Of a stretch of DNA of 64,000 nucleotides, positions 1 through 8,558 are shown piece by piece. The DNA is from Clostridia bacterium (lineage in GTDB: Bacteria; Bacillota; Clostridia; UMGS1883): assembly GCA_045615705.1 (NCBI GenBank), contig JAZLFH010000017.1, positions 9,121 to 73,120 on the forward strand. The letters run 5' to 3'. Every line of letters starts with the position of its first letter. Position 1 is the stretch's first letter. The notes under the pieces were generated by a model. That model was not told the DNA's origin and ran no database searches. It was given only the letters and a program-made list of their open reading frames with translations. Made by a program: the position numbers and the translations under genes.

Positions 1-84
1 AATAGTATAAATTATAATTTAAAATATGTCAAGCATAATATTTAGAAAAAAACATTTAATTTTTTGTTAATAAATTTTCTTGAA

Positions 85-1080
85 TTAAAACGAAATATTT
101 GCCGTGGCATTTAAATCAAGTTTGGCAAGAATTCCTTTTTTGTAGTTTAAATATCCGGCACCGGCAACCATAACAGCGTTATCGGTACATAACAAGAGAT
201 CGGGGCAAAAGAAGTCCATGCCGTTTTCTTTCGCCTTTCTTTGCATTTTTTCTCTGAGTTTTTTGTTTGCACTAACCCCGCCTGCGATCGCAATTTTGTT
301 ACAACTCACCCTTTTTGACGCTTCTATGGTATTTGATACCAACACATCGGTAACCGCTTCTTCAAATGAAGCTGAAATGTCTGCCTTTGATATAGGTTCT
401 TTTGCTTGCTCTTTTTTGTGAACATAATTTATTACCGCTGTTTTAAGTCCGCTGAAACTGAAATCAAGGTCGTTGTGCGGTCTTGGAAAATTTACGGCAT
501 CAGGATTTCCTTCAAGTGCCAACTTGCTTATCTTAGGCCCTCCGGGATATCCGAGTCCCAAAACTCTTGCCACTTTGTCAAACGCTTCGCCCGGTGCATC
601 GTCCTCCGTCTGACCAAGAGTTTCAAAATCATAATAATTTTTCACATTTATTATATGGCTGTGTCCGCCTGATGCAACCAGACAGACAAACGGCGGTTTT
701 AAATCTTTATTCGTTACATAGTTAGCAGCAATATGTGCATGAATGTGATTTACCGGGACAAGCGGTTTTTTTACCGCATAAGAAAGAGCCTTTGCAGTTG
801 AAACTCCCGCAAGAAGCGAACCGATAAGACCGGGCGTATCGGTTACCGCAATTGCAGATAAATCCGAAAATGTTACATTTGCTTCTTTAAGTGCCGAATC
901 TATCACGGTTATAATTTTTTCGATATGTCTTCTTGACGCAATTTCAGGCACCACTCCACCGTATTTTTCGTGTTCCTTAATCTGCGTGTATATTATATTT
1001 GATAAAACATTTCTTCCGTCTGCTACAACCGATGCAGCCGTTTCATCGCACGATGTTTCTATGCCCAAAATCAAGTCCAT
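85..1080 (-). CDS. tsaD: tRNA N6-adenosine threonylcarbamoyltransferase TsaD (Kae1/Gcp family)
   Basis: N-terminus MDLILGIETSCDETAASVV and the HxxxH metal-site region (VNHIHAHI) are typical of TsaD. Length 331 aa. Last gene of a tightly packed minus-strand operon. Confidence 0.95.
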   Translation of the reverse strand: MDLILGIETSCDETAASVVADGRNVLSNIIYTQIKEHEKYGGVVPEIASRRHIEKIITVIDSALKEANVTFSDLSAIAVTDTPGLIGSLLAGVSTAKALSYAVKKPLVPVNHIHAHIAANYVTNKDLKPPFVCLVASGGHSHIINVKNYYDFETLGQTEDDAPGEAFDKVARVLGLGYPGGPKISKLALEGNPDAVNFPRPHNDLDFSFSGLKTAVINYVHKKEQAKEPISKADISASFEEAVTDVLVSNTIEASKRVSCNKIAIAGGVSANKKLREKMQRKAKENGMDFFCPDLLLCTDNAVMVAGAGYLNYKKGILAKLDLNATANISF

Positions 1081-1084
1081 TTTC

Positions 1085-1933
1085 TCACCCTATATCCTTT
1101 GTCATAACTATTGCATTTTCGTTATTGTCGGAATAATATTTTTTTCTTACTCCGCATGTTGAAAATCCAAGTTTGTCGTACAACATTTTTGCACAAGTGT
1201 TACTTTCTCTCACATCAAGAAAAATCTTTTTTGCATTTAACTCTCTTGCACTGTTTTCAACAGCGTTCATTATGCGAGTTCCGATACCGCATCTTCTGTA
1301 ATCTTCAAGGACGGAAACCGTCATTATATGTATTTCGTCAAAAATCATCTTAAATCCGCCATATCCTATAACTTTTCCTAAATGTTCCGCAGAAAAGTAA
1401 TAAGAATCCGGATTTTTAAGTTCTTCTTTAAGCATCGTTTCATTCCAAGTAACTGCTTTTGTTTTTCTTTCAACATCAATTATTTCTTCAATATCTTGTG
1501 GGATGGTTTTCCGTACACTAATGTGTGTAAGTTTATCAACACACTTTTTTATATTTTCGGCACATTTAAAATATTCATCCAAACCCATTCCGAAAGGGTC
1601 TTGTATATCTTTGTCAAATCCTGTATATTCGCACAGTGTGAATGTTTTTTTTGAAATTGTTTCATCGACAGACAATATAAAATCTTTTTGTCTTTCGGTC
1701 ATTGTAAGAATTAAATCGCTTTCTTCCGTCATTTTATAAGTAAGTTGCTTTGAACGGTGCTTTCTTATATCTATTCCGAATTTTTCCATGGTAATTATTG
1801 CGTTTTCCGAGGCTAATGACGGTTCATACACGGAAAGTCCGGCAGAAATCGCTCCATTTAACTTATTATTATAAAACGCTTCTGCCATAGGACTTCTGCA
1901 AGTGTTTCCCGTGCAAATAAAAAGAACTTTCAA
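1085..1933 (-). CDS. Fusion protein: N-terminal YwlE-like low-molecular-weight phosphatase plus C-terminal RimI-type GNAT acetyltransferase
   Basis: N-terminal P-loop VLFICTGNTCRSPMAEAF (CX5R-S) and DPFG acid loop. The C-terminal half has the GNAT acetyl-CoA motif RRCGIGTRIM and a RimI-like length. It overlaps the tsaC stop by 4 nt and ends 4 nt before tsaD. Confidence 0.8.
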   Translation of the reverse strand: MKVLFICTGNTCRSPMAEAFYNNKLNGAISAGLSVYEPSLASENAIITMEKFGIDIRKHRSKQLTYKMTEESDLILTMTERQKDFILSVDETISKKTFTLCEYTGFDKDIQDPFGMGLDEYFKCAENIKKCVDKLTHISVRKTIPQDIEEIIDVERKTKAVTWNETMLKEELKNPDSYYFSAEHLGKVIGYGGFKMIFDEIHIMTVSVLEDYRRCGIGTRIMNAVENSARELNAKKIFLDVRESNTCAKMLYDKLGFSTCGVRKKYYSDNNENAIVMTKDIG

Positions 1934-2916
1934 ATTATTTTTCCTCCCGCAGATTTCAAAAGACGATTTCTGATTGCTTCGCCAATGCCGTTTTTATCCG
2001 GAAGTACAGCAAATACTGCATCTGCTCCGTCTAAGTCTGCCTTTCTGAGCAAATAAAAGAGCCTTGCTCCGTATTCTTCTTTACTCTCGCCTGCACTGTA
2101 CATTAAAGGAAATCTTTCGTCTTTTTCGGCGTTAAATGTGATGAGACAAGGTTTTTTAAAGCCTTTTGTATCTATATTTTTAAAATCCTCGTACAAAATT
2201 ACTTCTGCATCGGGACTGTAATGGGTATATTTCATTCCCGGACATTTCGGAGCATCGGAAGAAAATCCGCCATACTCGGCATCGCCAATAACCTCTCGTA
2301 TTTCTTCAAGAGAAATTCCTCCCGGTCTGAGAATTGTGGGGACATCTTGTGTCATATCAATAACGGTGGATTCAAGACCTATCATACTTTTACCGCCGTC
2401 AATTATCATATCAATTTTCCCTTGCATATCGCAAATTACATGCTCTGCTACGGTTGGACTCGGTTTTCCGGAAATATTTGCACTCGGTGCGGCGATAGGA
2501 GTTTTTGACTCCGTAATAAGTGCGTTTGCTACGCTGTGGCTCGGAAGCCTTACCGCAACCGTATCCAAAGATGCGGTTACGACATCCGGAACAGAACTTC
2601 TTTTTTTCATAATCATAGTGAGCGGTCCGCCCCAAAATGCTTGTGCCAAACTGATTGCTTTTTGCGGGAACTCTCGTACCAACATTTCCACATCGCCGAT
2701 TGTTGCGATATGTGCAATAAGGGGGTTGTCGCAAGGTCTTCCTTTTGCGGCAAAAATACTTTTTACCGCTTCGGGATTAAAGGCATCCGCTCCAAGTCCG
2801 TAAACTGTTTCGGTAGGAAACGCCACAAGCCCGCCTCGTCTTATTATATCTCCTGCATCTTTTAATAAATTTTTATCTACTGTTTCCGGATTTACTTTTA
2901 TAATTTTCGTATCCAT
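1930..2916 (-). CDS. tsaC: L-threonylcarbamoyladenylate synthase, long Sua5/YwlC form
   Basis: The motif FPTETVYGLGADAF...AKGRPCDNPLIAHI is typical of TsaC/Sua5. At 328 aa it includes the C-terminal Sua5 domain. Confidence 0.9.
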   Translation of the reverse strand: MDTKIIKVNPETVDKNLLKDAGDIIRRGGLVAFPTETVYGLGADAFNPEAVKSIFAAKGRPCDNPLIAHIATIGDVEMLVREFPQKAISLAQAFWGGPLTMIMKKRSSVPDVVTASLDTVAVRLPSHSVANALITESKTPIAAPSANISGKPSPTVAEHVICDMQGKIDMIIDGGKSMIGLESTVIDMTQDVPTILRPGGISLEEIREVIGDAEYGGFSSDAPKCPGMKYTHYSPDAEVILYEDFKNIDTKGFKKPCLITFNAEKDERFPLMYSAGESKEEYGARLFYLLRKADLDGADAVFAVLPDKNGIGEAIRNRLLKSAGGKII

Positions 2917-2921
2917 TTATG

Positions 2922-3650
2922 TCATTCTCCGTATCTTGGCGGCATTTTTCTCTTATGTTCGCTAACGCTATGGTATCTTTCAATAATTTTTTTATCTTTT
3001 TCATTTGATTTTCCGAAAAGAATATGCATATCAATAGCCGGGTAAGTTACCCCCATTTCCTTTTCGTCCGTTTGTCCTTCAAAAAGTCCCGCTGACGGTG
3101 CTTTATTTATTATTGTTTCCGGTACTTTTAAAAATTTTAAAAACTCATAAACTTCCGTAACAGTAAGGTCTGCAATAGGGTTAAAGTCGTACGCACCATC
3201 GCCCCACTTTGTAAAATACCCCATATAATACTCGCTTTTGTTACCTGTTCCTGCAACAAGTCTGTTCTCCGATGCTCCTATTGAGTAAAGTGTTGTCATT
3301 CTGAGTCTTGGTGCCATATTTGTAAGTGCATTATTATTTAATTCGGTTTTCCCTTCCAATGCTTTTATTAAAGACTCTTTTACATTACTTAAATCAACCA
3401 TACGGTTCTCTATATTAAACTTTTCACAGACTTTTTTTGCATCGTCAATGTCCGAACCAAAGTTTTGCTTGGATTGACACGGAAGCATAACACTTACTGT
3501 ATTATCACACGCCATTTTACATAAAATGCCCGCCAGCGTGCAATCCTTTCCGCCGCTATTTCCAAATACAATTCCCTCTGCTCCGCTTTTTTCTATAATT
3601 TCTCGTATATATAAAACTCTGTTTTTTACTTCTTGGTTGTAATCTCGCAT
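2922..3650 (-). CDS. nadE: NH3-dependent NAD+ synthetase (short NadE type)
   Basis: PP-loop-like GNSGGKDCTLAG and a C-terminal SEHKRKMP region resemble NadE. 242 aa. Confidence 0.75.
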   Translation of the reverse strand: MRDYNQEVKNRVLYIREIIEKSGAEGIVFGNSGGKDCTLAGILCKMACDNTVSVMLPCQSKQNFGSDIDDAKKVCEKFNIENRMVDLSNVKESLIKALEGKTELNNNALTNMAPRLRMTTLYSIGASENRLVAGTGNKSEYYMGYFTKWGDGAYDFNPIADLTVTEVYEFLKFLKVPETIINKAPSAGLFEGQTDEKEMGVTYPAIDMHILFGKSNEKDKKIIERYHSVSEHKRKMPPRYGE

Positions 3651-3659
3651 CTTATCTCC

Positions 3660-5309
3660 TTATATGCTGTACATATTATCACACATTTTTGCAGTCTGCT
3701 CTCGGTGTGTAATCATAAGTATAGTCTTTTTCCCGTACATTTTTTCTATTCCTTCCAATACTCGCTTTTCAGTATTGCTGTCAAGCGCCGATGTCGCCTC
3801 GTCAAGAATAAGTATCTTGGCATTTCTTATGAGTGCTCTTGCTATTGCAATTCTTTGTGCCTGTCCTTCGCTAAGTCCTGTCGCTCTTTCACCTATTACG
3901 CTGTCTAATCCGCCTTTTAATTCAAACACAAACTCCGCATTTGAAGCCATAAGTGCCTCTTTAAGCATTTCATCGTCTGCGGCAGGGTTTCCTTGCAAAA
4001 GATTTTCCCTTATTGTACCCGAAAAAAGCGTGTTTCCCTGTGGAACATATCCGAAAAGCATTCTCGTTTTTGCACCAACTGTGATATTTTCCTCACAATC
4101 TAACCTTATTTCTCCCTCGTCCGGGGTAATAAGTCCTAAAAGAAGCCTTATTAGAGTTGTCTTTCCTTCGCCCGATGGTCCTACTATTGCGGTTTTCTTC
4201 CCGCTTTCAATTTCTATATTCAAATTATTTAAAACTTTTTTGTCTTTCTCGTACGAAAAGCTTACATTCTTTATTGAAACGCCGATGTTTTTATCACTTT
4301 CCGTTAAAGAAACAACTTTTCTGTCCAAAAAAACATTTTCTTCCGGCAAGTCAATGATTTCAAGCAATCTTTTTGACGATGTTAATGCCCCTACCCCGTT
4401 CGGAATCATAGAGAGTACCTTTTTTGCAGGTGCTTGAACACGGCTTATGAGTTGAAACAACATTACAAGTGTTCCTATCGCACTTGTGATTCCGCCATCA
4501 TAAAATCTGAATACGCACCAACCGAATATTAAAAGTGCCATAAACTGATAAACGGCATTTAAAACCGCTCTTGCAACTGTTGTGTACTTCGTCTGCGAAA
4601 GCGATGAATCATAATACTCTGATTGAATGTCTTTAAATGCAGCGGCAATTCTTTCCGATACCGAAAAAGTCTTTATTACCAGAAGGTTTTGAAGTGATTC
4701 CTGCAAAAAACTTTGATTTTTTCCGTATAATTTATAGTTTTTTTCATTGTATTTTCTGATTCTTTTTGTAACCGAACCGGAAACCAAGACAAGTATCGGC
4801 AGAAGTGCCACCGTCAAAATCGCTATCGTCCAATCATAATACACTAAAATCGAAAATGAAAGCAAAACCTCAATTACACTCGTAATTGCAACAGGCAAAA
4901 AATCAACCGCACCCGACACAACATTTGAACAATCTCTTGTGAGTCTGTTGAGAAGGTCACCACTATGATAATTGTTCGTGCTTTTCCATTCAGTTTCAAG
5001 CAGTTTTTCAAACAATTCCTGTCTTATCTGATTTGTTGTTTTAAGGCTTACCTTGGAAGACAAAATCAATGTGTAGCACTCTGTCAAAATCATGAAGGCT
5101 CCCAAAACAGCGATAGAGATTGCGTAATACAGTATTCTTTCATTGTTTCCCATAAAACCGTCTACGATTTTTTTTGATAACAATGCAAAAGCCACACCTG
5201 CAACGGCAGAAAAAATCCCCATTACAGTTATGGCTATAAGTTCAACTGCATTTCGCTTTGTATATGAGGCTATATACCCGGCCTCGTTTTTAAGCGATTT
5301 GCCCATCAT
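3660..5309 (-). CDS. ABC exporter, fused permease/ATPase (MsbA/ABCB-like)
   Basis: About 300 aa of N-terminal TM domain, then Walker A GPSGEGKTT, ABC signature LSEGQAQR and Walker B ILILDEATSALD. Start overlaps the upstream BY-kinase stop by 4 nt. Confidence 0.9.
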   Translation of the reverse strand: MMGKSLKNEAGYIASYTKRNAVELIAITVMGIFSAVAGVAFALLSKKIVDGFMGNNERILYYAISIAVLGAFMILTECYTLILSSKVSLKTTNQIRQELFEKLLETEWKSTNNYHSGDLLNRLTRDCSNVVSGAVDFLPVAITSVIEVLLSFSILVYYDWTIAILTVALLPILVLVSGSVTKRIRKYNEKNYKLYGKNQSFLQESLQNLLVIKTFSVSERIAAAFKDIQSEYYDSSLSQTKYTTVARAVLNAVYQFMALLIFGWCVFRFYDGGITSAIGTLVMLFQLISRVQAPAKKVLSMIPNGVGALTSSKRLLEIIDLPEENVFLDRKVVSLTESDKNIGVSIKNVSFSYEKDKKVLNNLNIEIESGKKTAIVGPSGEGKTTLIRLLLGLITPDEGEIRLDCEENITVGAKTRMLFGYVPQGNTLFSGTIRENLLQGNPAADDEMLKEALMASNAEFVFELKGGLDSVIGERATGLSEGQAQRIAIARALIRNAKILILDEATSALDSNTEKRVLEGIEKMYGKKTILMITHREQTAKMCDNMYSI

Positions 5310-6901
5310 TTACTTTTGTTCTCCTTTTCATCGGCTTCTTCTTTGGAGCGATGAGAACCTCCATATCCGTAATAACCGTAGTAACCATAGTAACCGCGAT
5401 GACCTCTGGAAGAATAGTAGTAACCTTTTTTATGATAGTAGTATCTTGTGCTTGGTAAGATTCCGCCGTAGTCAACATTATTAAAGATAAATCCGATTAT
5501 TTCAGAACTTCCCTGAGACAAATCCTCTATTGCAGAAACAACTTCCTTAACTTTCGCAACATCCTGACGGACAACCATAACCGTTGCATCAACCATATTT
5601 GAAAGTACCATGGCATCTGCAACAAGTTTTGCAGGCGGAGTATCTACTATAATGTAATCGTACTTTTCCTTCATTTTTTCAAGGATTTCTTTGAACTGAC
5701 TGTTTGAAAGAAGCTCACTTGAATTTCTTCTCGGTGAACTGCTTACCAAAAGGTCAAGGTTCATATCATCCTGGTGAATTATTGCATCTTCTATTTTTAT
5801 TCTGCCTTCAAGAACATCGATAATTCTGCGGTTTTTATTTTTTTCCATATCAACATCGCAGATAAGATGTACCGCAGGTTTTCTAAGGTCAGCATCAACA
5901 AACAATACTTTTTTGTTGTTCTGTGCAAGTGCTATTGCAATATTAACCGCAACCGTTGTTTTACCTTCATTTTCAAGGCTCGATGCAATCATAAATGTCT
6001 TATAGCCTTTTTTCGCTGAAACATTTTCAATTTTTGTACGAATGGCTCTGTATGTTTCAATGAATGTTGAATCCAATCTCTTGTTCGTAAGAAGAAGCGG
6101 TGTCTTTTTAAGTGCTTGCTTTTTAACAGGCTTTATTACATGGTGAACAGTGCCGATAAGGTTCAAATTCGCAGATGATTGAAGCGAAGATGCTGTCTTT
6201 ACGGTATTCTTGAAATAATACATTAAGAAAAGTATTGCAAATGAAATTCCGAATCCAATCAAAAATCCGATAATCGTAAACAGTTTACTGTTAGTATTCG
6301 GGTTTGGAAGCGGTAAATTCTTTTCATAATTAAACGCATAAGTCGGTTGTTCCAAAACTGACAAACTTCCTGTCAAAACAGCTTTTTCCGCAACAGGTTC
6401 AATTATATCGATAATAGTCTTTGCAACATCGTATGAAATTCTGTAATCTTGTGATGTTACCGACATTTCCATGATATTAGTCTTTGTAATAAGGTTTGTT
6501 GCAACAGTATACTGTGTTGATTTATACCCGGTCTTATCTTCAACTGTCTGCAAGACATCTCTGCTCGTTATGATATACCCGTAAGTACTTGCAAGATATT
6601 CGGCAGTCATAAAGTCTGTTGTAGTTTGATAGTAGTAAGCACCGGGAGTATTTTCGCTGTTTTTCGTGCTTATTGCCATACTTGCTCTTGATGTATAAGA
6701 CGGCACATATATGATACGAGCGTATGTAAGTCCTATAACAGCAAGTGCTACTGCACATATCGCAACAATCCACCATTTAGAAATAACATTTCTGATGGTC
6801 ATAAGCACTTCAAGATAAATATCCGATTGTTCTACTTTTAAACTGTCATTTGAAGGATAATAGTTATTTTTCTCTTCTGCCATATAAACACAACCTATCA
6901 A
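5306..6901 (-). CDS. Fused polysaccharide co-polymerase (Wzz domain) / bacterial tyrosine (BY) kinase with Tyr-cluster tail
   Basis: Wzz-like N-terminus with two TM segments. Walker A SSLENEGKTT, A' VDADLRKP, Walker B IIVDTPP. The C-terminal 48 aa contain 13 Tyr. The track start is TTG at 6901; an in-frame ATG at 6883 (MAEEKNNYY) is an alternative. Confidence 0.85.
   Translation of the reverse strand: MIGCVYMAEEKNNYYPSNDSLKVEQSDIYLEVLMTIRNVISKWWIVAICAVALAVIGLTYARIIYVPSYTSRASMAISTKNSENTPGAYYYQTTTDFMTAEYLASTYGYIITSRDVLQTVEDKTGYKSTQYTVATNLITKTNIMEMSVTSQDYRISYDVAKTIIDIIEPVAEKAVLTGSLSVLEQPTYAFNYEKNLPLPNPNTNSKLFTIIGFLIGFGISFAILFLMYYFKNTVKTASSLQSSANLNLIGTVHHVIKPVKKQALKKTPLLLTNKRLDSTFIETYRAIRTKIENVSAKKGYKTFMIASSLENEGKTTVAVNIAIALAQNNKKVLFVDADLRKPAVHLICDVDMEKNKNRRIIDVLEGRIKIEDAIIHQDDMNLDLLVSSSPRRNSSELLSNSQFKEILEKMKEKYDYIIVDTPPAKLVADAMVLSNMVDATVMVVRQDVAKVKEVVSAIEDLSQGSSEIIGFIFNNVDYGGILPSTRYYYHKKGYYYSSRGHRGYYGYYGYYGYGGSHRSKEEADEKENKSK
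5367..5402 (-). repeat. Four imperfect tandem 9-bp units encoding the (GYY)n core of the BY-kinase Tyr cluster
   Basis: Plus strand reads ccgtaataa ccgtagtaa ccatagtaa ccgcgatga. The reverse complement encodes GYYGYYGYYGYG. Confidence 0.6.
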
Positions 6902-6961
6902 GATTAATTATTTTTTCCCATTCTTGTAGTAATGTTAACACCTTTTTTTATATTAGTCAAG

Positions 6962-6993
6962 AAAAAATTACGAGATATTCTTATCTCGTAATT
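6962..6993 (-). terminator. Rho-independent terminator overlapping the dacB-like stop codon
   Basis: Inverted repeat AATTACGAGAT / ATCTCGTAATT with a 6-nt loop. It is followed on the minus strand by a T run. Confidence 0.6.
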
Positions 6994-8102
6994 CCTCTTG
7001 CAAAGTCAAAGAAAAAGTCAAGCGGTGTCTTTTTAGGCACATCTTCTTCTGCAACAACTGTTGTTTCCCCTATTATTTCGCCTTCAAGTGTATATGTTAT
7101 CTTACCGAGTTCTGCATCTTTTTTAATTGGTGCGGTTACACACTCTTGTATGCTTACTTGTTTGTTGATTTTTTCTTTATCTTGTTTTTTGATTACTGCA
7201 CGGTATCCGTTTTTCACAACCGCTCCTACCGAGTCTTTCTTTCCTTTTTTAACTTTTACCTCGGATACTTTCTTGTTTTCTTCTTCATTTCCTACTGTAA
7301 AATAGTTGTCAAACCCATAGTCAAGCATATTAGATACTGACTTGAATCTTTCTTTTGAGTTAGGACTTGCAAGTACAACTGCTATCAGTTGCATTCCGTC
7401 TCTTTCCGCTGTTCCGCAAAGACAACAATGAGCCTTACTTGTAGAGCCTGTTTTTAAGCCGTTTGCACCTTTATAAAACCTTATGAGTTTATTTGTGTTT
7501 GCCAGTTGGAATTTTCCGTCTCTTAATGTGTCCATCCAAATGGTGGTAAAGTTAAAAATGTCTTTGTGTTTTAAAAGTTCCCTTGCCATAATCGCAATGT
7601 CGTAGGCAGACGAATAGTGATTATCGCTGTCAAGTCCGTTGGTGTTTTCAAAATGAGTATTCAGCATCCCGAGTTCGCTTGCACGGTTATTCATCATATT
7701 GACAAAGTTTTCTTCGCTGCCTGCCAAAAATTCTCCCATTGCCACGCAAGCATCATTTGCCGATGCAACGGTTATTCCTTTTAGGAGGTCTTTTACACTC
7801 ATTTTTTCTCCGGCGTCCAAATAAATGGTGCTTCCGCCCATGCTCTTTGCTCTTTCTGAGGCTGTTACAACAGTGTCATAAGTTATATCTCCTCTTTCCA
7901 ATGCCTCCATTATCAAAAGAACCGTCATTATCTTTGTAACACTTGCCGGCGGAAGTTGTTCATTTGCGTTGTTTTCGTACAGAATGCTTCCCGTAGACGC
8001 TTCCATAAGAATTGACGATTTTGCGTTAACAACAGGTTCTGCCGACACGCAAATATTAAAAGAAAATATTAAAACTAATAAGACTAACAGTGTTTTTTTC
8101 AA
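6981..8102 (-). CDS. D-alanyl-D-alanine carboxypeptidase (PBP5/DacB/DacF class)
   Basis: Signal peptide, SxxK motif (SVTKIMT), KTG motif (LKTGSTSKA) and a C-terminal PBP5-C-like domain. TTG start preceded by AAAGGAAG. Confidence 0.85.
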   Translation of the reverse strand: MKKTLLVLLVLIFSFNICVSAEPVVNAKSSILMEASTGSILYENNANEQLPPASVTKIMTVLLIMEALERGDITYDTVVTASERAKSMGGSTIYLDAGEKMSVKDLLKGITVASANDACVAMGEFLAGSEENFVNMMNNRASELGMLNTHFENTNGLDSDNHYSSAYDIAIMARELLKHKDIFNFTTIWMDTLRDGKFQLANTNKLIRFYKGANGLKTGSTSKAHCCLCGTAERDGMQLIAVVLASPNSKERFKSVSNMLDYGFDNYFTVGNEEENKKVSEVKVKKGKKDSVGAVVKNGYRAVIKKQDKEKINKQVSIQECVTAPIKKDAELGKITYTLEGEIIGETTVVAEEDVPKKTPLDFFFDFARGITR

Positions 8103-8160
8103 ATTGGCACTTCCTTTCTTTCCTATTTTGCACGGAAGTTTGTTTTATATTCTCATTATG

Positions 8161-8189
8161 TTGACACTTTTCTCTTAAAGTCTTATAAT
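8161..8189 (+). promoter_or_regulatory. Consensus sigma-A-type promoter (TTGACA-17-TATAAT)
   Basis: TTGACA at 8161-8166, 17-nt spacer, TATAAT at 8184-8189. It lies directly upstream of the ybaK remnant. Confidence 0.6.
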
Positions 8190-8204
8190 CGGTTTGGTGA
8201 TACT

Positions 8205-8375
8205 ATGAAAAATGATAAAGTCAAAACAAATGCAATGAGAATACTCGATTCCAATAAAATTGAGTATATTCATCACTCTTACAATAACACAGACGGTCAA
8301 ATTGATGGTGTTTCCGTTTCACAAAAATAGGAATTCCGCCCGAAAAAGTTTTTAACACGCTTGTAGGCATTGAAA
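8205..8375 (+). pseudogene. ybaK: Remnant of ybaK/ebsC-type Cys-tRNA(Pro) deacylase (premature stop, frameshift, 3' two-thirds missing)
   Basis: 8205-8330 encodes MKNDKVKTNAMRILDSNKIEYIHHSYNNTDGQIDGVSVSQK then a stop. The YbaK-like IPPEKVFNTLVG continues in another frame from 8332. No further YbaK-like sequence follows. Confidence 0.65.
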
Positions 8376-8558
8376 TGTTATACAAACACGCCTCAAAGTA
8401 TGAATTTTAGAGTCTTTTTAGCTTGTCGTCCTTAAAAGGCGACAGCCTTGTTGCGTCCTCCACACTAAAAATACATAATTATGTTTTTATCGTATTTTTC
8501 TATGCTGGACAAAACAAAAAAAATATGATATTATATTGCATAATGGAATGATGCGGAG

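Noticed and set aside
1085-1520. Interpreting the LMW phosphatase domain simply as the Wzb-type partner of the BY-kinase at 5306-6901
   Set aside because: Not adopted as the primary call. The P-loop (CTGNTCRS) and DPFG loop match the YwlE arginine-phosphatase type, and the domain is fused to RimI next to tsaC/tsaD. The possibility is retained as a testable alternative in the findings.
3664-4437. A 257-aa plus-strand ORF antisense to the ABC exporter. Similar antisense ORFs lie at 22012-22830, 15709-16401, 55547-56110 and 2336-2803.
   Set aside because: Each lies wholly within or across strongly supported genes on the other strand. They have low-complexity composition and no recognisable motifs or translation signals.
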